From NCBI GenBank assembly GCA_965248055.1, contig CBDFIJ010000004.1, forward strand, positions 64,001-128,000: DNA of 64,000 nucleotides. Reading direction: 5' to 3'. A program made the translations under genes and the position numbers. Shown here piece after piece: positions 1 to 9,910 of this stretch. The notes beneath the pieces are model-generated. The model had not been told where the DNA came from, made no database searches, and saw nothing but the letters and a program-made list of their open reading frames with translations. This DNA is from Candidatus Multivoradales bacterium (GTDB lineage: Bacteria > Acidobacteriota > Thermoanaerobaculia > Multivoradales > JAHEKO01). How positions within the stretch are numbered: position 1 is the first letter of the stretch; each line of letters starts with the position of its first letter.

Positions 1-264
1 CTCTGAGCACAGATAGCGTTCTTCGTCGAGAAGGGTGGCCACCACGGCCGCCGGTGCAGCGTCGACAAAGCGCGGCCCGTTGAGTAGGTCAAGGACCTGT
101 TGTTTTTCGCTGACTGTCAGTGCCCGAGCTGGAGTCGGTCGAGGCTGCTGAGGCTCGGTTGATCTCGGCCGAAGCCGACGATAGAACGTTGCACGACTGA
201 CGCTCAGGCTCCGGCAGGCCGGTGCGATACCGACCCACGGAGCCAGCGTCCTGGCCGCTTTCAC
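1..264 (-). CDS. IS3-family transposase OrfB, N-terminal part (truncated by window edge)
   Basis: GTG at 264: VKAARTLAPWVGIAPACRSLSVSRATFYR...ALTVSEKQQVLDLLNGPRFVDAAP. Confidence 0.7.
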   Translation of the reverse strand, partial: MKAARTLAPWVGIAPACRSLSVSRATFYRRLRPRSTEPQQPRPTPARALTVSEKQQVLDLLNGPRFVDAAPAAVVATLLDEERYLCSE

Positions 265-741
265 GAGTTCTTCTCGCCCTCTGAGGGGATACCCAGCAGC
301 CCGGCTACTTTTCTTTGCACATCGATGATTAGCTGTGCCCTGTGCAATTCGTTCTCAAGCCGAGTCTTCTCCCGCTCTAGTCGAGCAACCTTGCTTTCTA
401 ACGGGTGCCTTTTGGGTTTGCGTCCACGGCTTTTGCCGAGCGCGGCAAGCGATCCCCGTCGCCGAGCTAGGCGCCAGTTAGATAGATGAGATGAGTAGAG
501 ACCCTCCCCGGCGCAACAGGGACCCGACCTCCTCTCGGCTGGAGCAAGCGTCGGCCTGCTCCAAGATCGCCAGCTTGTACTTTGCTGTAAACCGCCGTCT
601 GGCGGGTCGAGCCTCGATCTCAGGGTCGGGTACCGATTCGGGGGTCGAGGACAACTGCGCCGTCTCCCCTCCGGCTCCCTCGTCGCTACGCTCCTCGGTC
701 GCCTTCGGCGAGACGGGCAATATGGGCTGATTCTGAAACAT
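261..741 (-). CDS. IS3-family transposase OrfA, apparent 1-nt insertion at the C4 run 507-510
   Basis: ORF 478-741 loses similarity after LLRR; another frame continues EGLYSSHLSNWR...IIDVQRKVAGLLG to TGA at 261-263. Confidence 0.7.
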
Positions 742-809
742 ACTGAAACCTCCTTCCGCCCTCTAATTATCAGGGGGCCAAGTGTCTCAGCTACGTTGGC
801 AGATAGGGG

Positions 810-1523
810 GTGCTGGCTGCTCTGGGGGTAAGAAAAGATGGCACCAAAGTCCTGGTAGCTCTACGGTTAGCAGCCAGTGAGGCAGGCAGTCACTGGAAGT
901 GGTTGATTGAAGATCTTAAACGCAGGGGCTTGAAAGCACCGCATCTCTTGGTCTCAGACGGCCACAAGGGTTTGGCGGTGGGAGTCAGGGCTTGGCCAGA
1001 GGCCAAAGTCCAGCGTTGTATCCAGCACAAGTGGGAAAACCTGAAGAAGCACTGCCCTAAGCATGCTCATGGTGAGCTCAAGCGAGACTGGGATCAAGTG
1101 GTGCGAGCCCAAGATGCCCTGGAGGCCCGAGAGAGCTATTCAATCTTTGTTGCCAAGTGGTCCAAGCTGGTGCCCGCAGTAGCCAGGAGTCTTCAAGAGG
1201 CTGGGATGGAACTGATCACTTTCTACGATCTACCGAGATCGTTGTGGCGATCCACAAGGACCACCAACGCGCTGGAGAATCTCAACCGTGAGTTTCGGCG
1301 CCGTACCAAGACCCAAGGCTCATTCTCGACTGAGGCAGCGGGTGTTACCTTGCTCTGGGGACTCGTCGCTTTCGGTCAGATCAGGATGCACCGCATCAAC
1401 GGCTACCAAGACTTGCACCGGATGCTTGACCGTCAAGCAGCCGCGTAGCACTAGAATCAACTAAACCTGACCGCGGGAGACGCTACGCCAAATACCAATT
1501 TCCACAAGATTCGGGACACATCC
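810..1523 (+). mobile_element. IS256-family element, 3' fragment (transposase C-terminus 810-1448 plus right end)
   Basis: Mutator-family motifs LLVSDGHKGL, QRCIQH, RTTNALENLNREFRRRTK; terminal tttccacaagattcgggacacatcc at 1499-1523; 5' part interrupted by the IS3. Confidence 0.85.
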
Positions 1524-2158
1524 GGGCTGCCGAAGCGTTTTGGTAATTGGCATACCGTCTATACGCGTATGAACCGTTGGGCAAAGAAAGGCGTGCTGGA
1601 TCGAGTGTTTAGTGAACTGCAACGCCAGCAAGTCATTCAGGTCCGTGTTGAGGCGGTTTCACTCGATAGCACAGCGGTTAAGGTACACCCTGATGGAACG
1701 GGCGCTCTAAAAAAAACGGTCCACAGGCGATCGGCAAGTCGCGGGGAGGATGGACTACAAAGATTCATATGGTTGCCGCAGATGCTCGGACCGCAGTGAA
1801 TTTTTCTCTGTCTCCTGGCAATGCTGCTGACGCGCCAGAGGGGCGTAAACTATTGAGAGAAACAACCCTATCGGCCAAATACATGATTATGGACCGAGCG
1901 TATGAAGGTAATGAAACACGCCAACTCGTGCTCGATCTTGGTCTTACACCTGTTGTGGCGCCGAAAAGCAATCGATTACAACCTTGGCTATACGACCGAG
2001 AAATGTACAAGAAGCGCAATGAAGTCGAGCGCTTGTTTCGTCGCTTGAAGGGGTTTCGTCGGATATTCTCACGCTTCGACAAATTGGACATAATCTTCAC
2101 ATTCTTTATACACTTCGCACTCATTGTCGATGCTATATCTAGTGTTAACACGCCCTAG
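1524..2158 (+). mobile_element. IS5-family (IS427-like) element, 5'-truncated, two ORFs joined by -1 frameshift
   Basis: GLPKRFGNWHTVYTRMNRW, DSTAVKVHPDG, A8 slippery run 1709-1716, DRAY, YKKRNEVERLFRRLKGFRRIFSRFDK; ends gtgttaacacgccCTAG. Confidence 0.85.
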
Positions 2159-2160
2159 TA

Positions 2161-2301
2161 CTGTTTGCCTCCGTTCTTTCTCTGGGAGTGTTTGTCTTGT
2201 CCAGGGGGTTTGGGCCGAGAATAAGGTGGCCCTTGCAGATTGCTGTGATTGTCCTATTGGCTCCTTTCTTGTGGACTATTGCAGCCGTGCTGACTGAATA
2301 A
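2161..2301 (+). pseudogene. 3' remnant of a small membrane-protein gene cut by the IS5
   Basis: Frame reads LFASVLSLGVFVLSRGFGPRIRWPLQIAVIVLLAPFLWTIAAVLTE-stop with no start codon. Confidence 0.35.
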
Positions 2302-2330
2302 GAAATGGATTGGATTGGTGGTGGTGGTGG

Positions 2331-2500
2331 GGTGACAGGCGATTATTGAGAGAATCTAGAATTCCTTGATTGGGCTGATCACGGATATATTGAACACGTC
2401 AAGTTCGTGATCTCATTGACGCCGAAACGGAACTTTCACTCAGCGGTTTAGCTCTTGGACGAGGAGAAGCTCGGGCTGGATATACCAATCTCTAAGCGCC
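2331..2500. repeat. Copy A of ~165-bp direct repeat (copy B at 4790-4958), bounded by GGTGACAGG
   Basis: 2336-2429 nearly identical to 4790-4883, weaker match continues to 2500/4958; contains GATCACG...CGTGATC inverted repeat. Confidence 0.9.
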
Positions 2501-2671
2501 GACAAAACCCAAACGGAACGGAGTCAACTAATCAGGAACGAATGGTCTGGGCGGTGGAAACTGGTACCGCCGACTTCGCGTTTGAAGAAGGCCTTGCTGA
2601 TACTCTGGAATGGGTTCGGGAACTTGTTGGACTAGGGATCTCCCGATTTTCCCCTTGTGACGGCGGACTCG

Positions 2672-3190
2672 ATGACGAAGAGAGGCAATCTCCTGAAAGT
2701 CTTGTGGCACCCTCTAACGCGCCCTTATGGGGGCGTCGAGAAGGTCGTTGAGCGCACGCTTGTGGCGCTGCCGAAAAAGTACACACGGGGTCTTGGGAGT
2801 GTCATTTTGCGAGATGTGCCATCCCTATCAAGAAAGGAGCGGGCCCGTTACCGCGTGCATGGACGGATGCACCTGCGAGAAAACACTCTTGGATCGTATT
2901 TTGCTCCGCGACACCACAAACTCGCTCACATTGAAATACTTGTAGACAATCTGTTCGCCTCATACCCTCGATTGCTCTATTGGACCAGAGTACTCCGCCC
3001 GCTAATGATTCGAGATACGCTATTTCACGAGATCGGCCACCATGTGGCACTACTTAACGGCCGTGCCGAGGGAGGTTCTGAGGCAGATGCCGAGAAATAC
3101 AAAAACGAGCTCGAAAAAGCCTACTATCGCGCTCGGTTTCCACGGTTCAAGTCGTTCCTTGCTCTAATTCGTCGAATGCTCCAAAAATGA
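2672..3190 (+). CDS. Hypothetical zincin-like (HExxH) protein
   Basis: Motif TLFHEIGHHV followed by E..A; open frame with ATG at 2672. Confidence 0.55.
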   Translation: MTKRGNLLKVLWHPLTRPYGGVEKVVERTLVALPKKYTRGLGSVILRDVPSLSRKERARYRVHGRMHLRENTLGSYFAPRHHKLAHIEILVDNLFASYPRLLYWTRVLRPLMIRDTLFHEIGHHVALLNGRAEGGSEADAEKYKNELEKAYYRARFPRFKSFLALIRRMLQK

Positions 3191-3279
3191 GTTCCTCAAT
3201 AAGGTGCTCACGTGATTTTCTGGAGAAGTCAAGGCCTGTGGCGAGGTCAAGAATCAGGCCACTCGTTGCGAGCTGGCTT

Positions 3280-4531
3280 TGACCTAGATCAAACACCTGT
3301 GAGACAGAGTCGTTAGTCGCCGAGGCTGTGGGGGATGTGGGAATCTCGTGAGAGATTTCCAAGGGCTGTGGGAAGGCAAGCGTAGCTGGCTTTGCACCAG
3401 CCCATCATCATCCACAGCCTTGACAAGTAAAAAGGGGGCCAAGATCCTTCGGGTCTATCGAATAACCCAAAACGAAGGGAGGCCCCCAGATGCAAATCGT
3501 CGCACTCGATCGCAGTATCTACAAGTACTACCGTGAAGACATCGTTGTCTTAAGCTCTCAGGCTCGTGATCGGCTGCGCTTGGTTGCGAGCTTCGAGCAA
3601 CTACGCGACAAGGGGATCTCGGGTGAAGAAGCAGCTCAGATCTTGGGCAAGAGTCGAGCTACCCTTTACCGCTGGCGCAAACGCCTTGAGCGTGGCCCCC
3701 GACATCTAGAACCGATATCAAGCCGACCCAAGCGGGTGCGTAAGGCTGACTGGTCACCTGAATTGGTACAGAGAGTCGAAAGTCTCCGTCGAGACTTTCC
3801 TGCCTGGGGCAAGGAAACCCTAGCGCCGCTGATCCAGGGCGAGGGCTTTGAGGTATCAGAAGCCACTGTCGGGCGTATCTTGCGCAAATTGATGGATCGA
3901 GGGGTAATCCACCGGGTACGCTACCGGCGCCAGAAGTACAAAAACTCCCGGCGTATGCGCCGGCTCCACGCTCAGCGACTGCCGAAATGGTGTCCCCGAC
4001 CAACGCGCCCTGGCGAGCGACTGCAGATCGACACGCTGCATCTGGTCCCTGCTCCAGGCAAGTGGCTCAAACACTTTTCAGCCTCCTGTCCGGTCAGCCG
4101 GTGGACAGTGGGAGAGATCTATCAACGTGCCACTTCTCGCTGTGCAGCACGCTTTCTAGACAAAGTCATTGCCGAGTGTCCGTTTGACATCACCTCGATC
4201 CAAGTGGACGGTGGTAGTGAATTTATGGATGAATTTGAGAAAGCCTGCCGAGATAGAGGCATCACCCTCTATGTGCTGCCGCCAAAGAGTCCGAAGCTCA
4301 ACGGCACCGTCGAACGAATGCAGGAAACCTGGAGAGGAGAGTTTTATGAAATGTATGAGCTACCCGATACTGTCTCGGCTTTGAGACCTTACATCCAGAG
4401 ATTCCAGGACCTCTACAACACCTACAGGCCGCACAAGAGCTTGAAAAGAAAACCCCCGGCAAGGTACCTTCTAAAGCTCGACCCAGGGGTCGTGCTCCCG
4501 CCGACTGTCTCAAAGGTACTGATCTAGGACA
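3280..4531 (+). mobile_element. IS481-family insertion sequence, apparently complete
   Basis: Imperfect terminal IRs tgacctagatcaaacacctgtgagacag / ctgtctcaaaggtactgatctaggaca; GCTT on both flanks (3276-3279, 4532-4535) as candidate target duplication. Confidence 0.8.
3490..4527 (+). CDS. IS481-family DDE transposase
   Basis: HTH (SRATLYRWRKR), rve core LQIDT / QVDGGSEF / NGTVER, YNTYRPHKSL. Confidence 0.9.
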   Translation: MQIVALDRSIYKYYREDIVVLSSQARDRLRLVASFEQLRDKGISGEEAAQILGKSRATLYRWRKRLERGPRHLEPISSRPKRVRKADWSPELVQRVESLRRDFPAWGKETLAPLIQGEGFEVSEATVGRILRKLMDRGVIHRVRYRRQKYKNSRRMRRLHAQRLPKWCPRPTRPGERLQIDTLHLVPAPGKWLKHFSASCPVSRWTVGEIYQRATSRCAARFLDKVIAECPFDITSIQVDGGSEFMDEFEKACRDRGITLYVLPPKSPKLNGTVERMQETWRGEFYEMYELPDTVSALRPYIQRFQDLYNTYRPHKSLKRKPPARYLLKLDPGVVLPPTVSKVLI

Positions 4532-4535
4532 GCTT

Positions 4536-4587
4536 CCCTATCTGCCAACGTAGCTGAGACACTTGGCCCCCTGATAATTAGAGGGCG
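4536..4587 (+). repeat. Orphan 52-bp copy of the IS3 left end, inverted relative to 757-808
   Basis: Exact reverse complement of 757-808. Confidence 0.9.
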
Positions 4588-4789
4588 CTACAGCCGACAA
4601 GAGTTAGTGGTTCGTTTCCAAACGAAGTCTTCAGTTGAGGCAGGAGGCGGTCCAGTGGCTTCGAAGACCAATACAGTCGAGCTGGTCTTGTCGGATTCTA
4701 AGAAATAGATTGCCGTCGGCCAGAGGTGACTGAGGTCCCAGATGAGATGAGTCGGGTCTCCGAGCCACATAAATCCCTGACTGAGGTTC

Positions 4790-4958
4790 CAGGCGATTAT
4801 TGAAAGAATCTAGAATTCCTTGATTGGGCTGATCACGGATATATTGAACACGTCAAGTTCGTGATCTCATTCACGCCGAAACGATACTTTCGCTCTGCGG
4901 GATCTAGCCCTTACACGAGGAGAGGCTCAAACTGGTCGCACCTATACCTGAAAACGCC
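4790..4958. repeat. Copy B of ~165-bp repeat; native downstream region of the 4958-5758 gene
   Basis: Starts right after the stop codon on the minus strand; matches 2336-2500. Confidence 0.9.
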
Positions 4959-5758
4959 TAGCGCAGGGCTAGATAGACTGTGACGCCGCGCCCTTGTAGC
5001 TGCACCCGTTCTCGCTCGATAGCAATCACCTGAAATCCGCCCACCATGTCTTCGGCGCTGAGCATGATGCCGTTGATGATGGCTACCGAGGTGCCGCTAC
5101 GAAAAGCGATCCCTTGTAGTTCCAATCTCTGATCGCCAGTATCTAGGGTCTGGACAAAGCTGGCTCCGTCTTGAAGCTGCGCTGATGGTTGTGCGGATGG
5201 CCCGGTCGGAGTTTGAACCGCACTTTCGCTATCGACCTCGCCGGGAAGTACGGAGCGATTCCGGTCCTCGGTCGGCGGTTGCTGACTTGCACTCGCTGCT
5301 TGGGATCTGCCGCCGATTGATGCGCCACGATTTTCGGTGGATGACGGAGGCACAGCTTCCTGCCGTTGGGAGGTCTGTTGGCGGTCTTGCCCGTTTGCCT
5401 GGGTGTCAGGAGAGAGGCCGTTGCCGGTCGTCTCACCAGCACCGGTAGTCTCGGTGGCGCCGTCTGGTTCTGGGGCTTGCGTGGCCGCAGGACTGCCGAC
5501 CGCCGACCGGGTCGATGAGGACGAAACCTCCGCCGTTTGGCCGGGATTCAAGGTAGAGCGGGCTACCATCCAACCGATACCGGCCCCGATCAAGGCCAGT
5601 ACCACCACACCGATGACAACCCCTGCCAATAGAAGTAGCCAGCGAGCTCTCTTGGCTCGCTCGGGCACCGTCGGTAGTCCGTACTCTCCCTTGCTCGCGG
5701 CTTCCCGCTCCAAGGCTTCGATTTTGGCCCGCTTGAGTGCGTCGTTGAGCAAACTCAT
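4958..5758 (-). CDS. ExeB/GspB-like type II secretion accessory protein
   Basis: N-terminal MSLLNDALKRA, single TM, low-complexity linker, C-terminal LQGIAF...AIING; follows an exeA-like ATPase. Confidence 0.65.
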   Translation of the reverse strand: MSLLNDALKRAKIEALEREAASKGEYGLPTVPERAKRARWLLLLAGVVIGVVVLALIGAGIGWMVARSTLNPGQTAEVSSSSTRSAVGSPAATQAPEPDGATETTGAGETTGNGLSPDTQANGQDRQQTSQRQEAVPPSSTENRGASIGGRSQAASASQQPPTEDRNRSVLPGEVDSESAVQTPTGPSAQPSAQLQDGASFVQTLDTGDQRLELQGIAFRSGTSVAIINGIMLSAEDMVGGFQVIAIERERVQLQGRGVTVYLALR

Positions 5759-6573
5759 GCTGCCTTGCCCTCTAACTCGGCGACTGCCCGGCGCACGTGA
5801 TGAACGCTGATTTCACGCTCTCCGTCGGCGTATCCGGCCAACAGGCTCTTATCGCACACCGCATTGATCAACCTCGGCACACCGCGAGAGTAACGGTAAA
5901 TGCGATGGAACGCCCAGCGAGAGAAGGTCGGCGGTTCGGCGGCTCCAGCAACTTGCAAGCGGTGGGCTATGTAGCGTTCGGTTTCACTGCGATTCAAGGG
6001 CGGCAAGTGAAAGCGCACGGTGATCCGTTGGCGCAACTGACGGAGATCCTTGCGCTCGAGGCGATCTCGCAGCTCGGGTTGACCAATCAACAAGATCTGC
6101 AACAGTTTGACTTGATCGGTCTCGAGGTTGGAGAGCAAACGGACCTGTTCCAGCAATTCCGGCGTCAGATCCTGCGCTTCATCGATAATCAAGGCGACAT
6201 CGCGTCCTGCCGACAGTTCGCTGAGCAGAAAGTCGTTCAATCGTTTGAGCGCTTGCGCCCGATTGTTGTACGGAACCGGAATACCGAATTCGACCAGAAT
6301 CGCAGCGAGTAACTGGGTAGCAGTCAATGTCGGATTGAGCACCAGAGCGGTGGTGTATTCATCTCCCAGACGCTCTAGAAAGGCCCGACACAGCGTGGTC
6401 TTTCCGGCTCCCACCTCGCCGGTAATCTGAATAAATCCTTTGCGTTCTTGAACACCATAGAGCATATGGTTGAGCGCCTCGCGGTGACGCTCGCTGTAGT
6501 AGAGAAAACGAGGGTCTGGCGTGATGTTAAACGGCGCTTCGCGGAATTGGTAGAAGTCGAGATACATGGTCAA
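5755..6573 (-). CDS. ExeA/GspA-family AAA ATPase
   Basis: MYLDFYQFREAPFNITPDPRF, Walker A GEVGAGKT, IIDEAQ, LIGQPEL, GVPRLIN. Confidence 0.9.
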   Translation of the reverse strand: MTMYLDFYQFREAPFNITPDPRFLYYSERHREALNHMLYGVQERKGFIQITGEVGAGKTTLCRAFLERLGDEYTTALVLNPTLTATQLLAAILVEFGIPVPYNNRAQALKRLNDFLLSELSAGRDVALIIDEAQDLTPELLEQVRLLSNLETDQVKLLQILLIGQPELRDRLERKDLRQLRQRITVRFHLPPLNRSETERYIAHRLQVAGAAEPPTFSRWAFHRIYRYSRGVPRLINAVCDKSLLAGYADGEREISVHHVRRAVAELEGKAA

Positions 6574-6641
6574 TCAGTAATTCTAGGGCTGCGGAGTGCC
6601 ATCTTGCATCGTCATTCAGTGTAGCCTAGCCGACGCCAGTT

Positions 6642-6657
6642 TGGCGTGAATCCTGCA
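6642..6657 (+). promoter_or_regulatory. Possible sigma-54 promoter
   Basis: TGGCGTGAATCCTGCA has GG-N10-GC spacing upstream of the beta-barrel gene. Confidence 0.3.
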
Positions 6658-6742
6658 GCCTATTGTCTAGCGTGCAAGGTTGGTGCAACCAGTGTTTCTC
6701 GAAAGCCTTTTTGAGCAATTGTCATCCTCCGGGAGGTCCCCA

Positions 6743-7285
6743 ATGAATCGCCGTTCATTCAAGTTGGTCATGGTCTTTGCGCTCTTGGGTTTAGCCATGG
6801 CGTTGCCCGGAGCGCTGCAAGCGGGTGAGAGAACCGTTGGCGGTGGCATTCACTACTGGAAGAGCTTCGACAACATTCTGGGGCTCAATGACATTGAAGA
6901 CGATGGCTATTCTTTGATGGCCTCATACCAGATTCGACCCGAGGGGTTGTTTTCGTTCGAATTCGATTTGGAGTATTTCGACAACGGTTTTGGCGGCGCT
7001 AGTAACTCCGCTCTGTCACCGCAAGCTCTGGTTTTGTTTGGCCATGGACTGTACGGCGGGGTCGGGATTGGTGTCACCATTGCCAATGATCTGAGCGACA
7101 ATATTTCTGACCCGTTCTACATCGCGCGCGGGGGCTATGAGTTTTCGGTCTTGCCGCACTTAAGTATCGATCTACACGCCAGCTATCGCAGCGACGCGTT
7201 TTCCGATCTGAGCGATATCGATAGCGATGCGATCACGCTGGGAGCCATGGCCCGTTTTCGCCTGGGTCAACGCAACAAACCCTAG
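6743..7285 (+). CDS. Small outer-membrane beta-barrel protein
   Basis: Signal peptide, alternating Gly/aromatic strands, GGAGG RBS. Confidence 0.65.
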   Translation: MNRRSFKLVMVFALLGLAMALPGALQAGERTVGGGIHYWKSFDNILGLNDIEDDGYSLMASYQIRPEGLFSFEFDLEYFDNGFGGASNSALSPQALVLFGHGLYGGVGIGVTIANDLSDNISDPFYIARGGYEFSVLPHLSIDLHASYRSDAFSDLSDIDSDAITLGAMARFRLGQRNKP

Positions 7286-7391
7286 TTTTCGACAGGCGCT
7301 AAACCGCCCCACAAAGGACCTATTTGGGGCCCCGGATTATGGGCTATGATCGGCGACCCAGAACTCTCTCCAGAACTGCCGCTCCAGAATC

Positions 7392-8747
7392 ATGGCTCAA
7401 CCGTTCGCTGCACCCACCACCAATCCGTTTTCCAATGAGTCCGAAAGGGCGGTTTTGGGAGCGGTGTTGTTGGCGCCCGAGGAGTTGCCGATGGTCAGCG
7501 GGCGACTGCACGCAGAAGATTTCTACTCGGAGCGCCACAGCAACATCTATGCGGCGATGTTGCAGATCCAAGAGCAGGGCATGGAGATCGATATCAGAAC
7601 CCTGCAGGCCAAATTAGAACAATTGGGCCAGTTTCAAGCGGTCGGCGGACTGGCCTACCTCACAGGATTGGACGTTGACCTGCCCGATGTCGCTCGGGTT
7701 GAAGAATACGTCGAGATCGTCAAAGAGCGTTCGCTGCGCCGAAGGTTGATTGCCGCCTGCGTCAGCATTACCCGCGATTGCCAAGACGGCGGGTTGGAAG
7801 CAGAGGAAGCACTAGGAAAAGCTGAGCAGGCGATTTTGTCGATCGGCGAGGAAGCGATTCAGCGCGGCTTCATTTCCTTGGGAACCTTGATCGATACCCA
7901 CTTACCGGAGATTGAAGACCACGATGGCAGTGATCTGGCGGGACTGGGAACCGGCTTCGTTCAAGTTGATGAAACCATTGGCGGCCTCCAAGCGGGCAAC
8001 CTGATCATCATCGCCGGTCGGCCGGGCATGGGAAAGACCAGTATTGCGCTCAACATGGCCCAGCACGTGGCGATTCGTGAGCAAAAGGCGGTGGCGATTT
8101 TTTCGCTGGAGATGAGTGGCAAAGACTTGATGACGCGGATTTTGTCTTCCGAGGCCAATCTTTCTGGAAAGGGGGTGCGTTCCGGACATCTCTCGCATGG
8201 CGACTGGCAAACCTTGCATCTACACGCCGATCAACTGCGGCCAGCTCCAATCCACATTGATGACACGGCGAGCCTCTCGCTACTGGAACTGGCTTCAAAA
8301 GCCAGACGAGCTAAAGCGGAGAAGGGGGTCGAGCTGGTGATCCTCGACTACTTGCAGTTGATGAGCGCCGGGGGTCGATACGAGAATCGAAACACCGAGA
8401 TTGCCGCGATTACCCGACATTTGAAGCAACTGGCCAAGGAGCTGGAGATCCCGGTAATGGCACTGTCTCAACTCTCCAGGCAACCCGAGCGTCGTGGCGG
8501 AGATCATCGCCCCCAACTTGCCGACCTGCGGGAGTCGGGATCCATCGAACAGGACGCCGACATCGTCGCTTTCGTATTTCGGGAAGAGATCTACAAACCG
8601 GACGATCCGTCTCTACGCGGATTGGCTGAGCTCATCTTGGCCAAGAACCGGCACGGAGAGACTAAGAATCTACCTTTGGTGTTCCTGGGCAAGAACACCA
8701 CCTTCAAGTCCCGCGCTCACCAAGATCACGAGCCGCCGCCTTTCTGA
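7392..8747 (+). CDS. dnaB: Replicative DNA helicase DnaB
   Basis: ESERAVLG, GRPGMGKT, ILDYLQLM, LSQLSR, DLRESGSIEQDAD, KNRHG. Confidence 0.97.
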   Translation: MAQPFAAPTTNPFSNESERAVLGAVLLAPEELPMVSGRLHAEDFYSERHSNIYAAMLQIQEQGMEIDIRTLQAKLEQLGQFQAVGGLAYLTGLDVDLPDVARVEEYVEIVKERSLRRRLIAACVSITRDCQDGGLEAEEALGKAEQAILSIGEEAIQRGFISLGTLIDTHLPEIEDHDGSDLAGLGTGFVQVDETIGGLQAGNLIIIAGRPGMGKTSIALNMAQHVAIREQKAVAIFSLEMSGKDLMTRILSSEANLSGKGVRSGHLSHGDWQTLHLHADQLRPAPIHIDDTASLSLLELASKARRAKAEKGVELVILDYLQLMSAGGRYENRNTEIAAITRHLKQLAKELEIPVMALSQLSRQPERRGGDHRPQLADLRESGSIEQDADIVAFVFREEIYKPDDPSLRGLAELILAKNRHGETKNLPLVFLGKNTTFKSRAHQDHEPPPF

Positions 8748-8770
8748 TCCGACCTAGTGAGAGCAAGCTA

Positions 8771-9886
8771 TTGAGCGCCCCCTTGCCGGAAGCGAGTTAC
8801 GCCGCCTGGGTCGAGATTGATTTAGCCGCGCTGAGCAATAATCTGGAGCAACTGCGCACTCGGACATCCGGTGAAAAAATCGCAGCGGTGCTCAAGGCGG
8901 ATGGCTACGGGCATGGAGCGGTCGAAGTCGCGAACTCACTGAGTCAACAGGGCGTCGACCTGATGATCGTGGCGCGAGCCAGTGAGGCGATCGAACTGCG
9001 CAACGCGGGGGTGACCGGTCGCCTACTGGTGCTCTCTCCTCCCGACACTGCGACCTGGGACGTTTGTGTCGAGCACAACCTGGAAGTGACTTGCTCGACC
9101 CCCGAAAGCTTGGCGTTTGTCTGTGGGGTTGAGTCTGCGGCGCTGCAGATGCCGGTTCACGTCAAGATCAACACGGGGATGAATCGCTTGGGTTTACATC
9201 CCGGCTCGGTGCATTCGGCTCTTGAGCGACTGAATCAAGCGTCAGCGGTGCGGCCGGTTGCCTTGTGCAGCCATTTGGCGGACGCCGACCTTGCTGCCAG
9301 TGCCAGGACCGAGGAACAAACCGCCAAGTTTCAAGCAGTGCTCGACGGCTTAGCTTCAAAGTTTGCCGGACTAGAGACCCATCTCGCCAACTCGGCTGGC
9401 TTACTGCATCACCGCTCGGCGTCTTGCTCCTATGTGCGATTGGGGATTTCGCTATACGGCTATGACCCTTGTGCTTTGCTTGAACTGTCGCCGGTGATGT
9501 CGATTCATGCGCGAGTTCTCCAGGTGCATCGCTTGGAAGCCGGCGACCGGGTTGGCTATGGCGGTAGATGGAGTGCAAAGGAGCCAACTCAGGTAGCAAT
9601 CGTCGGCGTGGGCTATGGCGATGGCTACCCCTATCACCAGAATGGCAACGCCCGGGTTCTCACCGAACGAGGTGCGCGACCTGTGGTCGGCTCTGTGAGC
9701 ATGGACTCGTTGGCATTCGCTTGCCCACTCGGAGAAGCGGTGAGAGTCGGAGATCTGGTTACCGTGTTGGGCGAACGGGCCGGGGAGCGGATTATCGCGC
9801 ACGAACTCGGCTGCAACGCCGAAACCATGGCCTACGAGGTTCTGTTGCGGCTTGGACGGCGTTTGCCACGGGTGTTTGTGAACTAG
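8771..9886 (+). CDS. alr: Alanine racemase
   Basis: AVLKADGYGHG PLP lysine motif, KINTGMNRLG, GYGDGY, VSMD. Confidence 0.95.
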   Translation: MSAPLPEASYAAWVEIDLAALSNNLEQLRTRTSGEKIAAVLKADGYGHGAVEVANSLSQQGVDLMIVARASEAIELRNAGVTGRLLVLSPPDTATWDVCVEHNLEVTCSTPESLAFVCGVESAALQMPVHVKINTGMNRLGLHPGSVHSALERLNQASAVRPVALCSHLADADLAASARTEEQTAKFQAVLDGLASKFAGLETHLANSAGLLHHRSASCSYVRLGISLYGYDPCALLELSPVMSIHARVLQVHRLEAGDRVGYGGRWSAKEPTQVAIVGVGYGDGYPYHQNGNARVLTERGARPVVGSVSMDSLAFACPLGEAVRVGDLVTVLGERAGERIIAHELGCNAETMAYEVLLRLGRRLPRVFVN

Positions 9887-9910
9887 CACTTCTGACTAGA
9901 AGTGCCCGAG

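Larger units (their letters stand above)
1..808 (-). mobile_element. IS3-family insertion sequence, left part (runs off window start)
   Basis: orfA (RRRFTAKYKLAILEQAD) overlaps orfB through GTGA at 261-264; left terminal sequence ccctatctgccaacgtagctgagacac at ~782-808. Confidence 0.8.
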
